DNA of 64,000 nucleotides, taken from the NCBI GenBank assembly GCA_045544955.1, contig JAZPZY010000003.1:5168-69167 (forward strand). Direction: 5' to 3'. Under the pieces are notes generated by a model, which worked only from the letters and a program-made list of their open reading frames with translations, was not told the origin of the DNA and ran no database searches. Below, in pieces: positions 48,812 through 58,216 of the stretch. The number at the start of each line of letters is the position of its first letter. Position 1 is the first letter of the stretch. This DNA comes from Eubacteriales bacterium (GTDB taxonomy: Bacteria > Bacillota > Clostridia > Oscillospirales > CAG-272). Both the position numbers and the translations under genes were made by a program.

Positions 48812-49954
48812 ATGATAGCTATCATCAACGCAGAACTGATCATGCGGGATCACTTTATCCCCGATGCCGTTCTGTTTATCGAAAACGGAAAGATCGCCGG
48901 CTACGGCGAAATGCGCAAGACCGAAATTCCCGAAGGTTGCGAGATCATCGACGCCGAGGGTGAATACGTGGGCCCCGGGCTTGTGGATATTCACTCCCAC
49001 ACGGGCGGCGAGTTTCAGGCGTGGCAGGAGCCGGCAAAAGCGGCACAGTTCCATCTGGACCACGGCACCACCACGTTTCTGATCGCCACCTATCCCCGGC
49101 AGAAAAAAGAGCAGTATATCGAAACGGGCAAAAACGTACGGGCAGCCATGGCAACACCGGAAGGAAAAAGCATCGGCGGTATCTATTTCGAAGGTCCGTA
49201 TATTAACCCGAAATACGGCTCCAACCGCAAGCTGTACCCCTGGGACAAGCCCATCGTCCCCGAGGACTACGAGCCGATCATCGAAGCAGGTATGGGACTT
49301 GTAAAGGTGTGGGGACTTGCCCCCGAACGCCCGGATATTCTTCCCTTTGTAAAAGCAGTAAAGGCGGCCATGCCCGAGGTTCGCCTGGCGGTCACCCACA
49401 GTGAAGCCACGCCCCAGCAGATCGAGGCACTTATGCCCTACGGCCTTTCCGTAGGCACGCACCACACCAACGCCACAGGCACCATCATCAACTACCCCGA
49501 ATGCCGCGGTGTGTGCGTAGATGAAGCGGTCAACTTCAACGATGGCATCTACGCCGAGCTGATCTCTGACAGCCGGGGCATCCACGTAGATCCGTATATG
49601 CAGCGTCTGGTACGGAAGATCAAGGGCGATGCAAAGATCATTCTGATCTCCGACCGCACCTACGGCGACGCTCCGAAACCCGCCGGCTACGAAGACGTAT
49701 TTGACATCAACTTCGACCGGGATGCCGAAATCGCCGGATCCAAGCTGACGCTGGAGATCGCCTGCCGCAACTATATGAAGCACACCGGTGCTTCCATGGT
49801 GGACGCGTTCCGCGTGGCCTCTTATAACCCTGCCCGGGTGGCCGGCTTCACCGACCGGGGTGAGATCGCCGTGGGACTGCGTGCCGATCTTATCATCGTG
49901 GATCGGAAAATGAACGTAAAGAAGGTTATTCTGGACGGCGACGTGGTCCGGTAA
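48812..49954 (+). CDS. amidohydrolase-family protein (NagA-like size and metal motif)
   Basis: 380 aa. GPGLVDIHSHTGG metal-binding motif near residue 55. Confidence 0.7.
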   Translation: MIAIINAELIMRDHFIPDAVLFIENGKIAGYGEMRKTEIPEGCEIIDAEGEYVGPGLVDIHSHTGGEFQAWQEPAKAAQFHLDHGTTTFLIATYPRQKKEQYIETGKNVRAAMATPEGKSIGGIYFEGPYINPKYGSNRKLYPWDKPIVPEDYEPIIEAGMGLVKVWGLAPERPDILPFVKAVKAAMPEVRLAVTHSEATPQQIEALMPYGLSVGTHHTNATGTIINYPECRGVCVDEAVNFNDGIYAELISDSRGIHVDPYMQRLVRKIKGDAKIILISDRTYGDAPKPAGYEDVFDINFDRDAEIAGSKLTLEIACRNYMKHTGASMVDAFRVASYNPARVAGFTDRGEIAVGLRADLIIVDRKMNVKKVILDGDVVR

Positions 49955-49966
49955 ATCCGTGACTGT

Positions 49967-50007
49967 AAAAAGCACCTGCTGCACGCCAAAGTGCGGCGGG
50001 TGCTTTT
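49967..50007 (+). terminator. intrinsic terminator
   Basis: AAAAGCACC...GGTGCTTTT outer stem with an inner GCAC/GTGC hairpin, followed by a T-run. Confidence 0.7.
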
Positions 50008-50041
50008 CTGTATTTTTATCGACTTTTTTCCCAAGGATATA

Positions 50042-50070
50042 TTTACAAGTTCTATGCGTTATGGTATAAT
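50042..50070 (+). promoter_or_regulatory. sigma-A type promoter for the MBOAT module
   Basis: TTTACA (50042-50047), 17 nt, TATAAT (50065-50070). Confidence 0.65.
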
Positions 50071-50128
50071 GTAACTAATTTGAAAAAATTTTATTTTTTT
50101 GTAAAAACCAATCACAAGGAGAATGGAC

Positions 50129-52189
50129 ATGAAGCGATTTTTCACTCTATGTGCGGTTTGCCTTCTGCTCTCCGGTGCGCTTTTGCTTTCCGGCTGTGCC
50201 GAAACGCAGCCCGCAGATACGGACTACACCGTGCGTGTTCTGCTGCCCGACAGCGATGAATACGATTTTCATGGCTCTCAGATCGTGGAGAACGGCGTGG
50301 GAGTCGGCGAGATTTCCGATCAAAAATATCAGGACGTACGTCCGGGGCAATCCGTTCGGTTTGCCATTACGGCCGCCGACGGTCTGCGCATCATCAGCAA
50401 AACGGACGGCATCTTTTATGAGGACGGATTCCTTACCGTAGAGAACGTACGCGTCCCCACCACCCTTTCCGTAGAATTAGAGGAGATTCCCTCTTACACC
50501 TATACGCTGGAAATCAACGACAGCCACTGCACGGTATCCTCCTCTCTGGAATCCGGGAAATCGGCACGGGAGGGAACGTCCGTCACCGTGAAGGCGAATC
50601 TGAAAGAAAAGCAGGCGTTCCTGGGCTTTTCCAAGGGGAATTATCTGCAGCAGGGCGGCGAGCTTCTGACGGAGGATGAAACGTACACCTTCCCCCTTAT
50701 GGCAAACACCACCGTATACGCCAATTTCTCCGACTGGTCCCTCTGGCGGCTGAATTATCACGCTAACGGCGGCAAAACCGCCGACGGAAACGGCGACGTG
50801 CTGTTTGACGGCTATTCCGAATCCTTCTACTACTGCCCCAACACCCGTCCGGACAAGGGATTTTTCATCCGTGACGGCTACATACTGACCGGCTACAACA
50901 CGAAAGCGGACGGAACCGGCACCCACTACGGTCTCGGCTGGAACGTGATCATGCCGGAAAGCGGCATTGTGGATCTGTACTGCCAGTGGGCAAAGACGGC
51001 AGACGCCAGTGAGTTTGAATACGAAAGCTCCGATAAAGCCGTCACGCTCACGGGATACAAGGGCGAAGCGGACTATCTGGTAATTCCCGAGACCATCGAC
51101 GGAAAACCGGTTACAACTCTTTCGTCAAAGGCATTCCATAACGAATCCTTCAGCGAGGTATATATCCCCCGCACGGTAAAGGAAGTGGATCACAAGGCGT
51201 TCAGCGAATGTGCTTCTCTGCAGAAGGTATATTTCTCCGACAGCGTAAAAGTCTGTTACGACGACAGCTTTTACAAGTGTGATTCCTTCAAAACGCTGGT
51301 GCCGCAGGCTACCGAATACCCCCACAGCGACAGTGACATCAACTTTACCTACCAGGTAAACTACGAGCGTCTTATCACCCGTACGAATGATATCATGCTG
51401 ATCGTCTCCGGTTCCTGCAACGTATACGGGCTGAACGCCAAAGACGTGGAGGACGCCCTCCAAAACGAGTGGGATATCATCACCTACGCTACCATCGCTT
51501 CCACCCCTGCCACCATGTACGCTGAGATCGGTCTGCACTACATGGACGAGGATGACGTACTCATCTTTACCCCGGAGGCATCGCCCTACGGCCATCAGTG
51601 GGGTACCAACTACTGGGAATACTACGTATGGCAAATATTCGAGGGTGCCTACGACGCCATTCCCCTTGTGGATATTTCCAACTACACGAAGGTCTTCTCT
51701 TCCTTTGCTTCCTACAATCAGACCCGCGGAAAGACGAGAGAAAAAACCTACGAGCACCGCTCGGAACACATCAACGAATACGGTGAATACGCGACCTTCC
51801 GCCCGGCCATCAATCCCGGCTCTCCCTGGGTCAAGTGGAATATGGACGTATTCTTCACGGAAGAAAACGTAAAGAACTACAACCGCATGCTGGCGGCTGC
51901 CAAGGAAAAAGGCCTTGTTCCCATGATCGGCTGGCTGGCCAGCGTAAGCGATAAAGCCCTCGTTCCGGACGCACGGAACCGGGATAATCAGATCACCTAC
52001 ATGAACCGGGCCGCCGAGCTGTACGACGCCTATTTCTTCGGTGACATCAAGGACTACATTTATCAGCGTGAACACGTACACGATCAGGCCATGCATCTGA
52101 ATACCGCAGGTGCGGCCGTCCGTACCGAACAGGTCATCAAGGACGTAAAAGCGGCACTGATCGATCTGGGACTTTACAAGGAGGACTGA
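50129..52189 (+). CDS. surface lipoprotein: Listeria-Bacteroides (Flg_new) repeat + BspA-type LRR + C-terminal DltD-like domain
   Basis: ATG 50129 lies 7 nt after AAGGAG. Lipobox LLLSGCA. LNYHANGG...GYILTGYNTKADGTGTHYGLGWNV (Flg_new-like). VIPETIDGKPVTTLSSKAFHNESFSEVYIPRTVKEVDHKAFSECASLQKVYF (LRR_5-like). C-terminal IMLIVSGSCNVYGLN region is paralogous to gene 53926. Confidence 0.75.
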   Translation: MKRFFTLCAVCLLLSGALLLSGCAETQPADTDYTVRVLLPDSDEYDFHGSQIVENGVGVGEISDQKYQDVRPGQSVRFAITAADGLRIISKTDGIFYEDGFLTVENVRVPTTLSVELEEIPSYTYTLEINDSHCTVSSSLESGKSAREGTSVTVKANLKEKQAFLGFSKGNYLQQGGELLTEDETYTFPLMANTTVYANFSDWSLWRLNYHANGGKTADGNGDVLFDGYSESFYYCPNTRPDKGFFIRDGYILTGYNTKADGTGTHYGLGWNVIMPESGIVDLYCQWAKTADASEFEYESSDKAVTLTGYKGEADYLVIPETIDGKPVTTLSSKAFHNESFSEVYIPRTVKEVDHKAFSECASLQKVYFSDSVKVCYDDSFYKCDSFKTLVPQATEYPHSDSDINFTYQVNYERLITRTNDIMLIVSGSCNVYGLNAKDVEDALQNEWDIITYATIASTPATMYAEIGLHYMDEDDVLIFTPEASPYGHQWGTNYWEYYVWQIFEGAYDAIPLVDISNYTKVFSSFASYNQTRGKTREKTYEHRSEHINEYGEYATFRPAINPGSPWVKWNMDVFFTEENVKNYNRMLAAAKEKGLVPMIGWLASVSDKALVPDARNRDNQITYMNRAAELYDAYFFGDIKDYIYQREHVHDQAMHLNTAGAAVRTEQVIKDVKAALIDLGLYKED

Positions 52190-52191
52190 TG

Positions 52192-52440
52192 ATGGAAATA
52201 CTGACACAGCATCTGATTCTGCTGATCTCAGCGGCAGTTCTTGCGGCCGTTTGTGCGATCCTCGCCTGCCGCACACGCTTTTCACTCTGGTTCTCTCTCC
52301 TTGAGGGAGCCGTCACCCTGTTCGTCTTCTGCTTTCTTATGCGGGAAGGGGCGTCCATGGAAGAAATTCTGCTGGCTCTCCTCGTTCTGCTGACGCCCAG
52401 CCTTTTATTCAAAGCAAAAAAAGGGAGGGATGAAGAATGA
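52192..52440 (+). CDS. small two/three-span membrane protein
   Basis: About 82 aa (MEILTQHLILLISAAVLAAVCAILA...). Overlaps the stops/starts of both neighbours, so it is translationally coupled. Position is analogous to DltX-like small partners (inference). Confidence 0.6.
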   Translation: MEILTQHLILLISAAVLAAVCAILACRTRFSLWFSLLEGAVTLFVFCFLMREGASMEEILLALLVLLTPSLLFKAKKGRDEE

Positions 52441-53909
52441 ATTTTAACTCCATAGAATTTCTCGTATTCTTCCCGTTGGTCGTCCTTCTGTTCTTCGTTC
52501 TGCCCCAACGTTTCCGCTGGATCCTGCTTCTGGCCGCCAGCTACGCCTTCTACATGAGCTGGAATCCGGAGCTGATCGTTCTGATCCTGTTTACCACCCT
52601 CGTTTCCTATCTTGCCGCACTGGGTATTCGTCGGACGGAATCAAAGACGAAGAAGAAGCTTCTTTTGACGCTGACGCTGGTCACCTGTCTTGGCATCCTG
52701 TTCTTCTTCAAATACTTCAATTTCCTTGCCGATTCGGTAACGGCGGCACTCCGCTTCTTCTCCTTCCCGGCAAACGATCTGACTCTGCAGCTGCTTTTGC
52801 CGGTAGGTATTTCCTTCTATACCTTCCAGACGCTGTCCTACGTAATCGACGTATACCGGGGCAGCATCGAGCCTGAGAAGCATTTCGGCTACTATGCGCT
52901 GTTCGTCTCCTTCTTCCCTCAGCTGGTCGCCGGCCCCATTGAGCGTCCCGGCAATCTGCTTCCTCAGCTGAAAGAAAAGCACACGCCCAACTTCGCCGAT
53001 TTCTCCGCCGGATTTTCCAAAATGCTCATCGGCTTTTTCAAAAAAGTCGTAGTTGCCGACGGCATTGCAGTATACGTAAACGCAGTGTATAACGACGCCG
53101 CCGGTGCCACCGGCTTCGGCGTTCTCATCGCCACGGTGCTGTTTGCTTTCCAGATCTACTGCGACTTCTCCGGCTACACCGATATTGCCATCGGTGCGGC
53201 GAGAGTGATGGGCATCCGCCTTATGCAGAACTTCAACCGCCCGTACATTGCCGAAAGCATACGGGATTTCTGGGCACGCTGGCACATTTCCCTCTCCAGC
53301 TGGTTCAAGGATTATCTCTACTTCCCACTGGGCGGCAGCCGGTGTGCACCCGCACGGCATCTCTTCAATCTGTTCTTCGTATTTCTGGTCAGCGGTCTGT
53401 GGCACGGTGCCGCATGGACGTTCGTCCTGTGGGGTGCCCTGCACGGTCTTTACCAGGTAGTGGGAACGGCAACGAAAAACATCCGCAGAAAATGGCTGCA
53501 GAAATGCCGTATTCCCGAGGATGCTCGGCTTTTGCGTCTCGGACGCCAGATCATCGTCTTTGTTCTCGTTTCCTTTGCCTGGATCTTCTTCCGTGCCAAC
53601 AGCGTGGCCGATTTGAAAACGCTTCTCGGTGCTCTGTTTACCGATTGGTCTTTCACGCCGGCGTACTTCACCGGCACGCTGGAAGCCATGGGACTTACGC
53701 TGTCCGGTATTCTGACTGCCCTTTTCTCCCTCCTTCTGATGCGTCAGATGGATGCAAACGGGTTGTGTGACGGCCGGGAGGAAACGCTGTGCGGTGCTAC
53801 GCCCCAATCGGCGTACCGCTGTGCCTGCCTGTTCTGGATCATCGCTATCGCCTGGCTTGCCGTTCTCGCCGGAGACGGCACCAGTGCATTCATCTACTTC
53901 CAATTCTGA
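52437..53909 (+). CDS. MBOAT-family O-acyltransferase (DltB/AlgI-like)
   Basis: 490 aa, polytopic. Conserved WHISLSSWFKDYLYFPLGG and SGLWHGAAW histidine motifs. Confidence 0.9.
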   Translation: MNFNSIEFLVFFPLVVLLFFVLPQRFRWILLLAASYAFYMSWNPELIVLILFTTLVSYLAALGIRRTESKTKKKLLLTLTLVTCLGILFFFKYFNFLADSVTAALRFFSFPANDLTLQLLLPVGISFYTFQTLSYVIDVYRGSIEPEKHFGYYALFVSFFPQLVAGPIERPGNLLPQLKEKHTPNFADFSAGFSKMLIGFFKKVVVADGIAVYVNAVYNDAAGATGFGVLIATVLFAFQIYCDFSGYTDIAIGAARVMGIRLMQNFNRPYIAESIRDFWARWHISLSSWFKDYLYFPLGGSRCAPARHLFNLFFVFLVSGLWHGAAWTFVLWGALHGLYQVVGTATKNIRRKWLQKCRIPEDARLLRLGRQIIVFVLVSFAWIFFRANSVADLKTLLGALFTDWSFTPAYFTGTLEAMGLTLSGILTALFSLLLMRQMDANGLCDGREETLCGATPQSAYRCACLFWIIAIAWLAVLAGDGTSAFIYFQF

Positions 53910-53925
53910 GAAAGGAGCGTAAGAC

Positions 53926-55416
53926 ATGAGAAAACAGCATATCACGGGCATGATCGCCATTCTTCTTGCCATACTCATTCCCTGCGGCTTCTTTCTGGGA
54001 ATGATCGCCCCTCTGCCGGACACCTATTCCGAAACGTTCGTAGCACAGCTGGGCGAAAAATTCGACCGGCTCTGCGAGATCGACGAGCCGAAGCTGATCC
54101 TCATCGGCGGCTCCAGCGTAGCCTTCGGCTTTGACAGCAAGACCCTCACCGAATCGCTGGGGATGCCGGTTGTGAATTTCGGTCTGTACGCCACCTTGGG
54201 CACGAAGCTGATGCTGGACCTGTCCAAAGCAAATATTGGTGAGGGGGATATTATCATTCTCTCCCCCGAGCTGAACGCACAGACGCTGTCGCTGTACTTT
54301 AACGCCGAATCCACCTGGCAGGCCATAGAGGGACGTCCTAACATGCTCCGCTACGTGGGCACGGACGATCTTGCCGCCATGACGGGTGCCTTCTACGACT
54401 ACGGTATTACCAAGTTCGGTTATCAGCGGGACGGTGTCAAACTTTCCCCCACCGGTGTATACCGGAGCGATTCCTTCAACGAGTACGGAGATATTGAGTA
54501 CGACCGTCCTCACAACACGCTCTACGAGGCCACCGGACTTCCCTACGATACCGCCAACACCATCACGCTCACCTCTGACATCGTCTCCGACGATTTCATC
54601 GATTACGTGAACGAGTACGTCGCCTTCTGTGAAGGCCGGGGTGCTACGGTATATTTCGCTTTCTGTCCCATGAATAAAGCGGCACTTACCGAGGGGAGCG
54701 ACGCGGAAAGCGGCGTGCAGCTGTTCGACTACTTCGCAAGAACACTGGACTGCAAGGTGATCACCTCCCCCGGCGAAGCCCTCTACGACGCCGAGTATTT
54801 CTACGACACCAACTTTCATTTGAACAATGCCGGTGTTTCCCTGCACACGAAAACCGTCCTGGACGCCCTGTACCGGGAGATGGGACGGAGCGATCTTTCT
54901 GACGTGCAGGTGCTGAAAAAGCCGAAACTGCCTTCCTACGACGGCATGCTCAGCCGGAACGGCAACGATTATTCCCACTGCTTCACCTATGAAGCATACG
55001 GCAACGGCTACTGCATCACGGGCGTCACCGCCGCCGGCAAGGAAGCGGCGTATCTGGAGATCCCCTCCATTTACAAGGGACGCAGCGTTCTTGCCATCGG
55101 TACCGGTGCTTTCGCCGGCTGCACGAACCTGACGGAGCTGAAGATCTTCAAGAACATCAACGTATTCGGTGAGGAGATCTTCAAAGGGTACGAAGGCACG
55201 CTTACCGTCTACATGGACGTGGAGGATGCGGACTACATGACCGATCCCAACGCTTCTCTCCCCCGCGTCAGCACGGCGATGATGGAAAACACCAAGGCCA
55301 AGGTAAAGATCTGCTTTGCCCAGGCATGCTTTGAACGCTATCTCCAGGATTACAACTGGCAGCAGTACGGTGCCCTGTTCGACGTGGGAACGAAAGAATC
55401 CCCGGCGGAGAATTAA
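53926..55416 (+). CDS. membrane-anchored DltD-like (SGNH-like) protein fused to a C-terminal BspA-type LRR
   Basis: N-terminal TM helix IAILLAILIPCGFFLGMI. KLILIGGSSVAFGFDS serine motif as in DltD. C-terminal LEIPSIYKGRSVLAIGTGAFAGCTNLTELKIF LRR. Confidence 0.75.
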   Translation: MRKQHITGMIAILLAILIPCGFFLGMIAPLPDTYSETFVAQLGEKFDRLCEIDEPKLILIGGSSVAFGFDSKTLTESLGMPVVNFGLYATLGTKLMLDLSKANIGEGDIIILSPELNAQTLSLYFNAESTWQAIEGRPNMLRYVGTDDLAAMTGAFYDYGITKFGYQRDGVKLSPTGVYRSDSFNEYGDIEYDRPHNTLYEATGLPYDTANTITLTSDIVSDDFIDYVNEYVAFCEGRGATVYFAFCPMNKAALTEGSDAESGVQLFDYFARTLDCKVITSPGEALYDAEYFYDTNFHLNNAGVSLHTKTVLDALYREMGRSDLSDVQVLKKPKLPSYDGMLSRNGNDYSHCFTYEAYGNGYCITGVTAAGKEAAYLEIPSIYKGRSVLAIGTGAFAGCTNLTELKIFKNINVFGEEIFKGYEGTLTVYMDVEDADYMTDPNASLPRVSTAMMENTKAKVKICFAQACFERYLQDYNWQQYGALFDVGTKESPAEN

Positions 55417-55425
55417 GGAAGAACG

Positions 55426-55457
55426 ATGGGGGTGCTTTTTGAAAAAAGCACCCCCAT
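55426..55457. terminator. bidirectional intrinsic terminator
   Basis: Near-perfect palindrome ATGGGGGTGCTTTTT-G-AAAAAAGCACCCCCAT. Confidence 0.85.
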
Positions 55458-55529
55458 ACCCCCGCAAAAACTTTTATACTGATAAAAAAATCACGTCTAT
55501 GCAGAACATATGCACAGACGTGATTTTTG

Positions 55530-56288
55530 TCATTGGCAGTATTTATAACGGTAAGTGCCGTCCGTGGGATCCCGGACAAGCTCTACGCCGAAAATCTCCC
55601 GGATCGCGGGAGAGGCGGCGACCGCCTCCGGCGTGCCGGTCAGCACCGGACGCCCGTCCGCCATCACGTACACGTAATCGGAGAAAGTAAAGGCGAGAGG
55701 CAGATCGTGCATCACGGCGGCGATGCCCTTACCCCCATCCGCAAGGGAACGAAGGGTACGCATCAGGTAAAGCTGATGGGAAATATCCAGATAGGAGGCC
55801 GGCTCGTCCAGAAGGAGAAGATCCGTCTGCTGGGCAAGTGCCATGGCAATATAGACGTTCTGCTGCATGCCGCCGGACAGGGCGGACAGTTTTTCCGCCG
55901 ATAGCGGGGTAAGATGCATCCGTTCCATGGCCTCGGCGGCAATCCGCCGGTCCTGCACCGTATACTGTCTTACATAGCCAAGATGGGGAAACCGGCCGTG
56001 CAGGATCAGCTCCCTAACCGTCATATCGGGCACGTGCCGTCCCTGGGGCAGATAGGCGATCCGCTTTGCCAGATCCTTTTGCGAAAGTGTGTCCGTATCC
56101 GTTCCGCCGATGAGAATCCGCCCGGCAAGGCGTGGAATCAGGCGAATCACGGTTTTCAAAAGCGTGCTCTTTCCCGCACCGTTGGGTCCCAGAACGGACA
56201 CCAGTTTGCCCCGGGGCACGGAAAGCGAAACGTCCTCCAGCACCTGTTTTTTGCCGTATCCGGCAGACAGGTTTCGAATATCAAGCAT
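55530..56288 (-). CDS. iron-chelate/cobalamin-type ABC transporter ATP-binding protein (FecE/BtuD-like)
   Basis: GPNGAGKSTL, LSGGMQQ and LLLDEPASYLD motifs. Confidence 0.9.
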   Translation of the reverse strand: MLDIRNLSAGYGKKQVLEDVSLSVPRGKLVSVLGPNGAGKSTLLKTVIRLIPRLAGRILIGGTDTDTLSQKDLAKRIAYLPQGRHVPDMTVRELILHGRFPHLGYVRQYTVQDRRIAAEAMERMHLTPLSAEKLSALSGGMQQNVYIAMALAQQTDLLLLDEPASYLDISHQLYLMRTLRSLADGGKGIAAVMHDLPLAFTFSDYVYVMADGRPVLTGTPEAVAASPAIREIFGVELVRDPTDGTYRYKYCQ

Positions 56289-57288
56289 GGCGGCCGCCTC
56301 CTTTTACAAGCAGGAATACAAAAAACGGAGCACCCAGAAACGCCATGATGATGCCAACCGGAATCTCGTAGGGCGAAAAGGCACTGCGTGCCGCCGTATC
56401 GCACAGGCAGACGAATGCACCGCCGTACAGGGCACAAAGGGGGATCAGATGCGCCGAGCCGCTTCCGGCTGCCCGGCGAACGGCGTGGGGAACGATCAGC
56501 CCCACGAAGGAAAGAAGGCCGGCAAGGCTGACGGCACACCCTGCCAGAAGTGCCGAAAGGAGAAGAAATATCGTCCGTACAAACGGCACGTTCATGCCAA
56601 GTCCCCGGGCACCGCTCTCTCCCAGCATAAGAACGTCCAGCTCATTGGGGAGAAGAAGAAGTGCGGCAAGTGCAAAAAGGATCAAAACGGCAGCCGGCAA
56701 AAGCTTCGGATAGGTAACGGCGGAAAAATCGCCCATGCGGAAATCGTTGCTCATAACGCCCACCTCGGGGATCAGCGTGATCACCGTATCGGAAACGGCG
56801 GAAAGCAGGCTGTTCACCGCCACACCGATGAGGATCACCGTACTGCGGGAGGCACTCCACCGCCGGGCACACAGGCTCACCAGCATAACGGCAAAAAACG
56901 CCCCGAGAAAAGCGAAAAAGGAAAGCCGCCATCCGCCGTACAGGCCGAGAGCGGTACAAAGCGTCACCGCAAGACCGGCACCGGCGTTGACGCCGATAAT
57001 GCCGGGCGAGGCAAGGCTGTTCTGCAGAACGCTCTGAATCACGGCACCGGCCGCGGCAAGTGCCGCCCCTGCCAGCACGGATGCCGCCGTCCGCGGAAGC
57101 CGGGCATACCAGAAGATCCGTCCGGCGGCGGTGGAATCCCCTTCTCCGACGGCCGTTACGATCTCGGAAAGAGACAGGGGCGTGCTGCCCACCGTCACCC
57201 CCAACAGTAGTGCAATGATCAGAAACAGTCCGCCGGCGAGATACAGTATTCTTTTATTCTCCCGTAAGGATCTCGGTGAGTTTTTCAT
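56281..57288 (-). CDS. FecCD-family ABC permease
   Basis: 335 aa, about nine TM helices. Typical ARLPRTAASVLAGAALAAAGAVIQ and PVGIIMAFLGAPFFVFLL segments. Confidence 0.9.
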   Translation of the reverse strand: MKNSPRSLRENKRILYLAGGLFLIIALLLGVTVGSTPLSLSEIVTAVGEGDSTAAGRIFWYARLPRTAASVLAGAALAAAGAVIQSVLQNSLASPGIIGVNAGAGLAVTLCTALGLYGGWRLSFFAFLGAFFAVMLVSLCARRWSASRSTVILIGVAVNSLLSAVSDTVITLIPEVGVMSNDFRMGDFSAVTYPKLLPAAVLILFALAALLLLPNELDVLMLGESGARGLGMNVPFVRTIFLLLSALLAGCAVSLAGLLSFVGLIVPHAVRRAAGSGSAHLIPLCALYGGAFVCLCDTAARSAFSPYEIPVGIIMAFLGAPFFVFLLVKGGGRHA

Positions 57289-58216
57289 AAGCCTCTGCCC
57301 ATTTCTCGTTCGGTTTCAGATTAAAAAGGGTTCTGTCCATAAGATGAATCCGTCCTGCACGCACGGCAGAAAGATCACCCCAGGCGGGGTTCTCTGCCAT
57401 CATACGGGACAGATTTGCCCGGGCGGCGTCCGTATCGTCTCCCATGGTTACAGTGAAGATGTGATACGGATCGTGGAGAATCACGCTTTCCACGCTGAGC
57501 GTTTCCAGAAGACGCCCATCGGCGTCGGCAATATTGATGCATCCCAGATCCCGGAGCATTTCGCCCAGCACCGTCCCCTCACTGCCCTTGACCTTCACCG
57601 ATCCGGAGGAGAGCCGGAGCAGCAAAACGGTTCGCCGGGTATCGGGAATCTCCGCCGATGCATACGCCGCCTTGAGCATATCTATCTGCTCCCCGATATC
57701 CGTTCCGTTTTTTTCGTAAAGATCCTTACGCCCTGTAATATCCGTGCAGATATCCAGCATGGAGAGATAATCCGAAAAAGAGATCACGTCAAAATACGCC
57801 ACGGTAATGCCGGCGTTTTCCAAAATCTCACGGAAAGCCACGTGGGAAGCGGATGCGGCACTGGCAAGCACCAGATCCGGCTCTGCAGCGAACAGGATTT
57901 CCAAATTGGGAGAGTGGGCACCGCCCACGTTTGCAGCATCCGGCAGATCAAGTTCAAAGTCCTCCCAGGCATCCGAGGCGGCGGCACAGAGCGTGCCCCC
58001 GGAAAGCTGCCATACGTCCGCAAAACTGCCGAGCAGTGCCGCCACCCGTTTTGGCTCCCGGGGAACGGAAACGCATCTGCCCAAGGCATCGGTAAACGTA
58101 ATTCCTGCCGTTTCGGGCAAGGGTTCGGCTGTGCATCCGCTAAGGCCGGCGGCAAGGATCGCCGCCAGCAAGAAAGCGGCGATCCGCTTACTCACCGATA
58201 AGCTTCTTTTCCACAT
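57254..58216 (-). CDS. periplasmic-binding-protein (class 8, BtuF/FhuD-like) lipoprotein
   Basis: ATG 58216 (MWKRSLSVSKRIAAFLLAAILAAGLSGC lipobox); the track start at 58228 is a TTG. Overlaps the upstream gene end by 29 nt. Confidence 0.85.
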   Translation of the reverse strand: MWKRSLSVSKRIAAFLLAAILAAGLSGCTAEPLPETAGITFTDALGRCVSVPREPKRVAALLGSFADVWQLSGGTLCAAASDAWEDFELDLPDAANVGGAHSPNLEILFAAEPDLVLASAASASHVAFREILENAGITVAYFDVISFSDYLSMLDICTDITGRKDLYEKNGTDIGEQIDMLKAAYASAEIPDTRRTVLLLRLSSGSVKVKGSEGTVLGEMLRDLGCINIADADGRLLETLSVESVILHDPYHIFTVTMGDDTDAARANLSRMMAENPAWGDLSAVRAGRIHLMDRTLFNLKPNEKWAEAYEKLTEILTGE

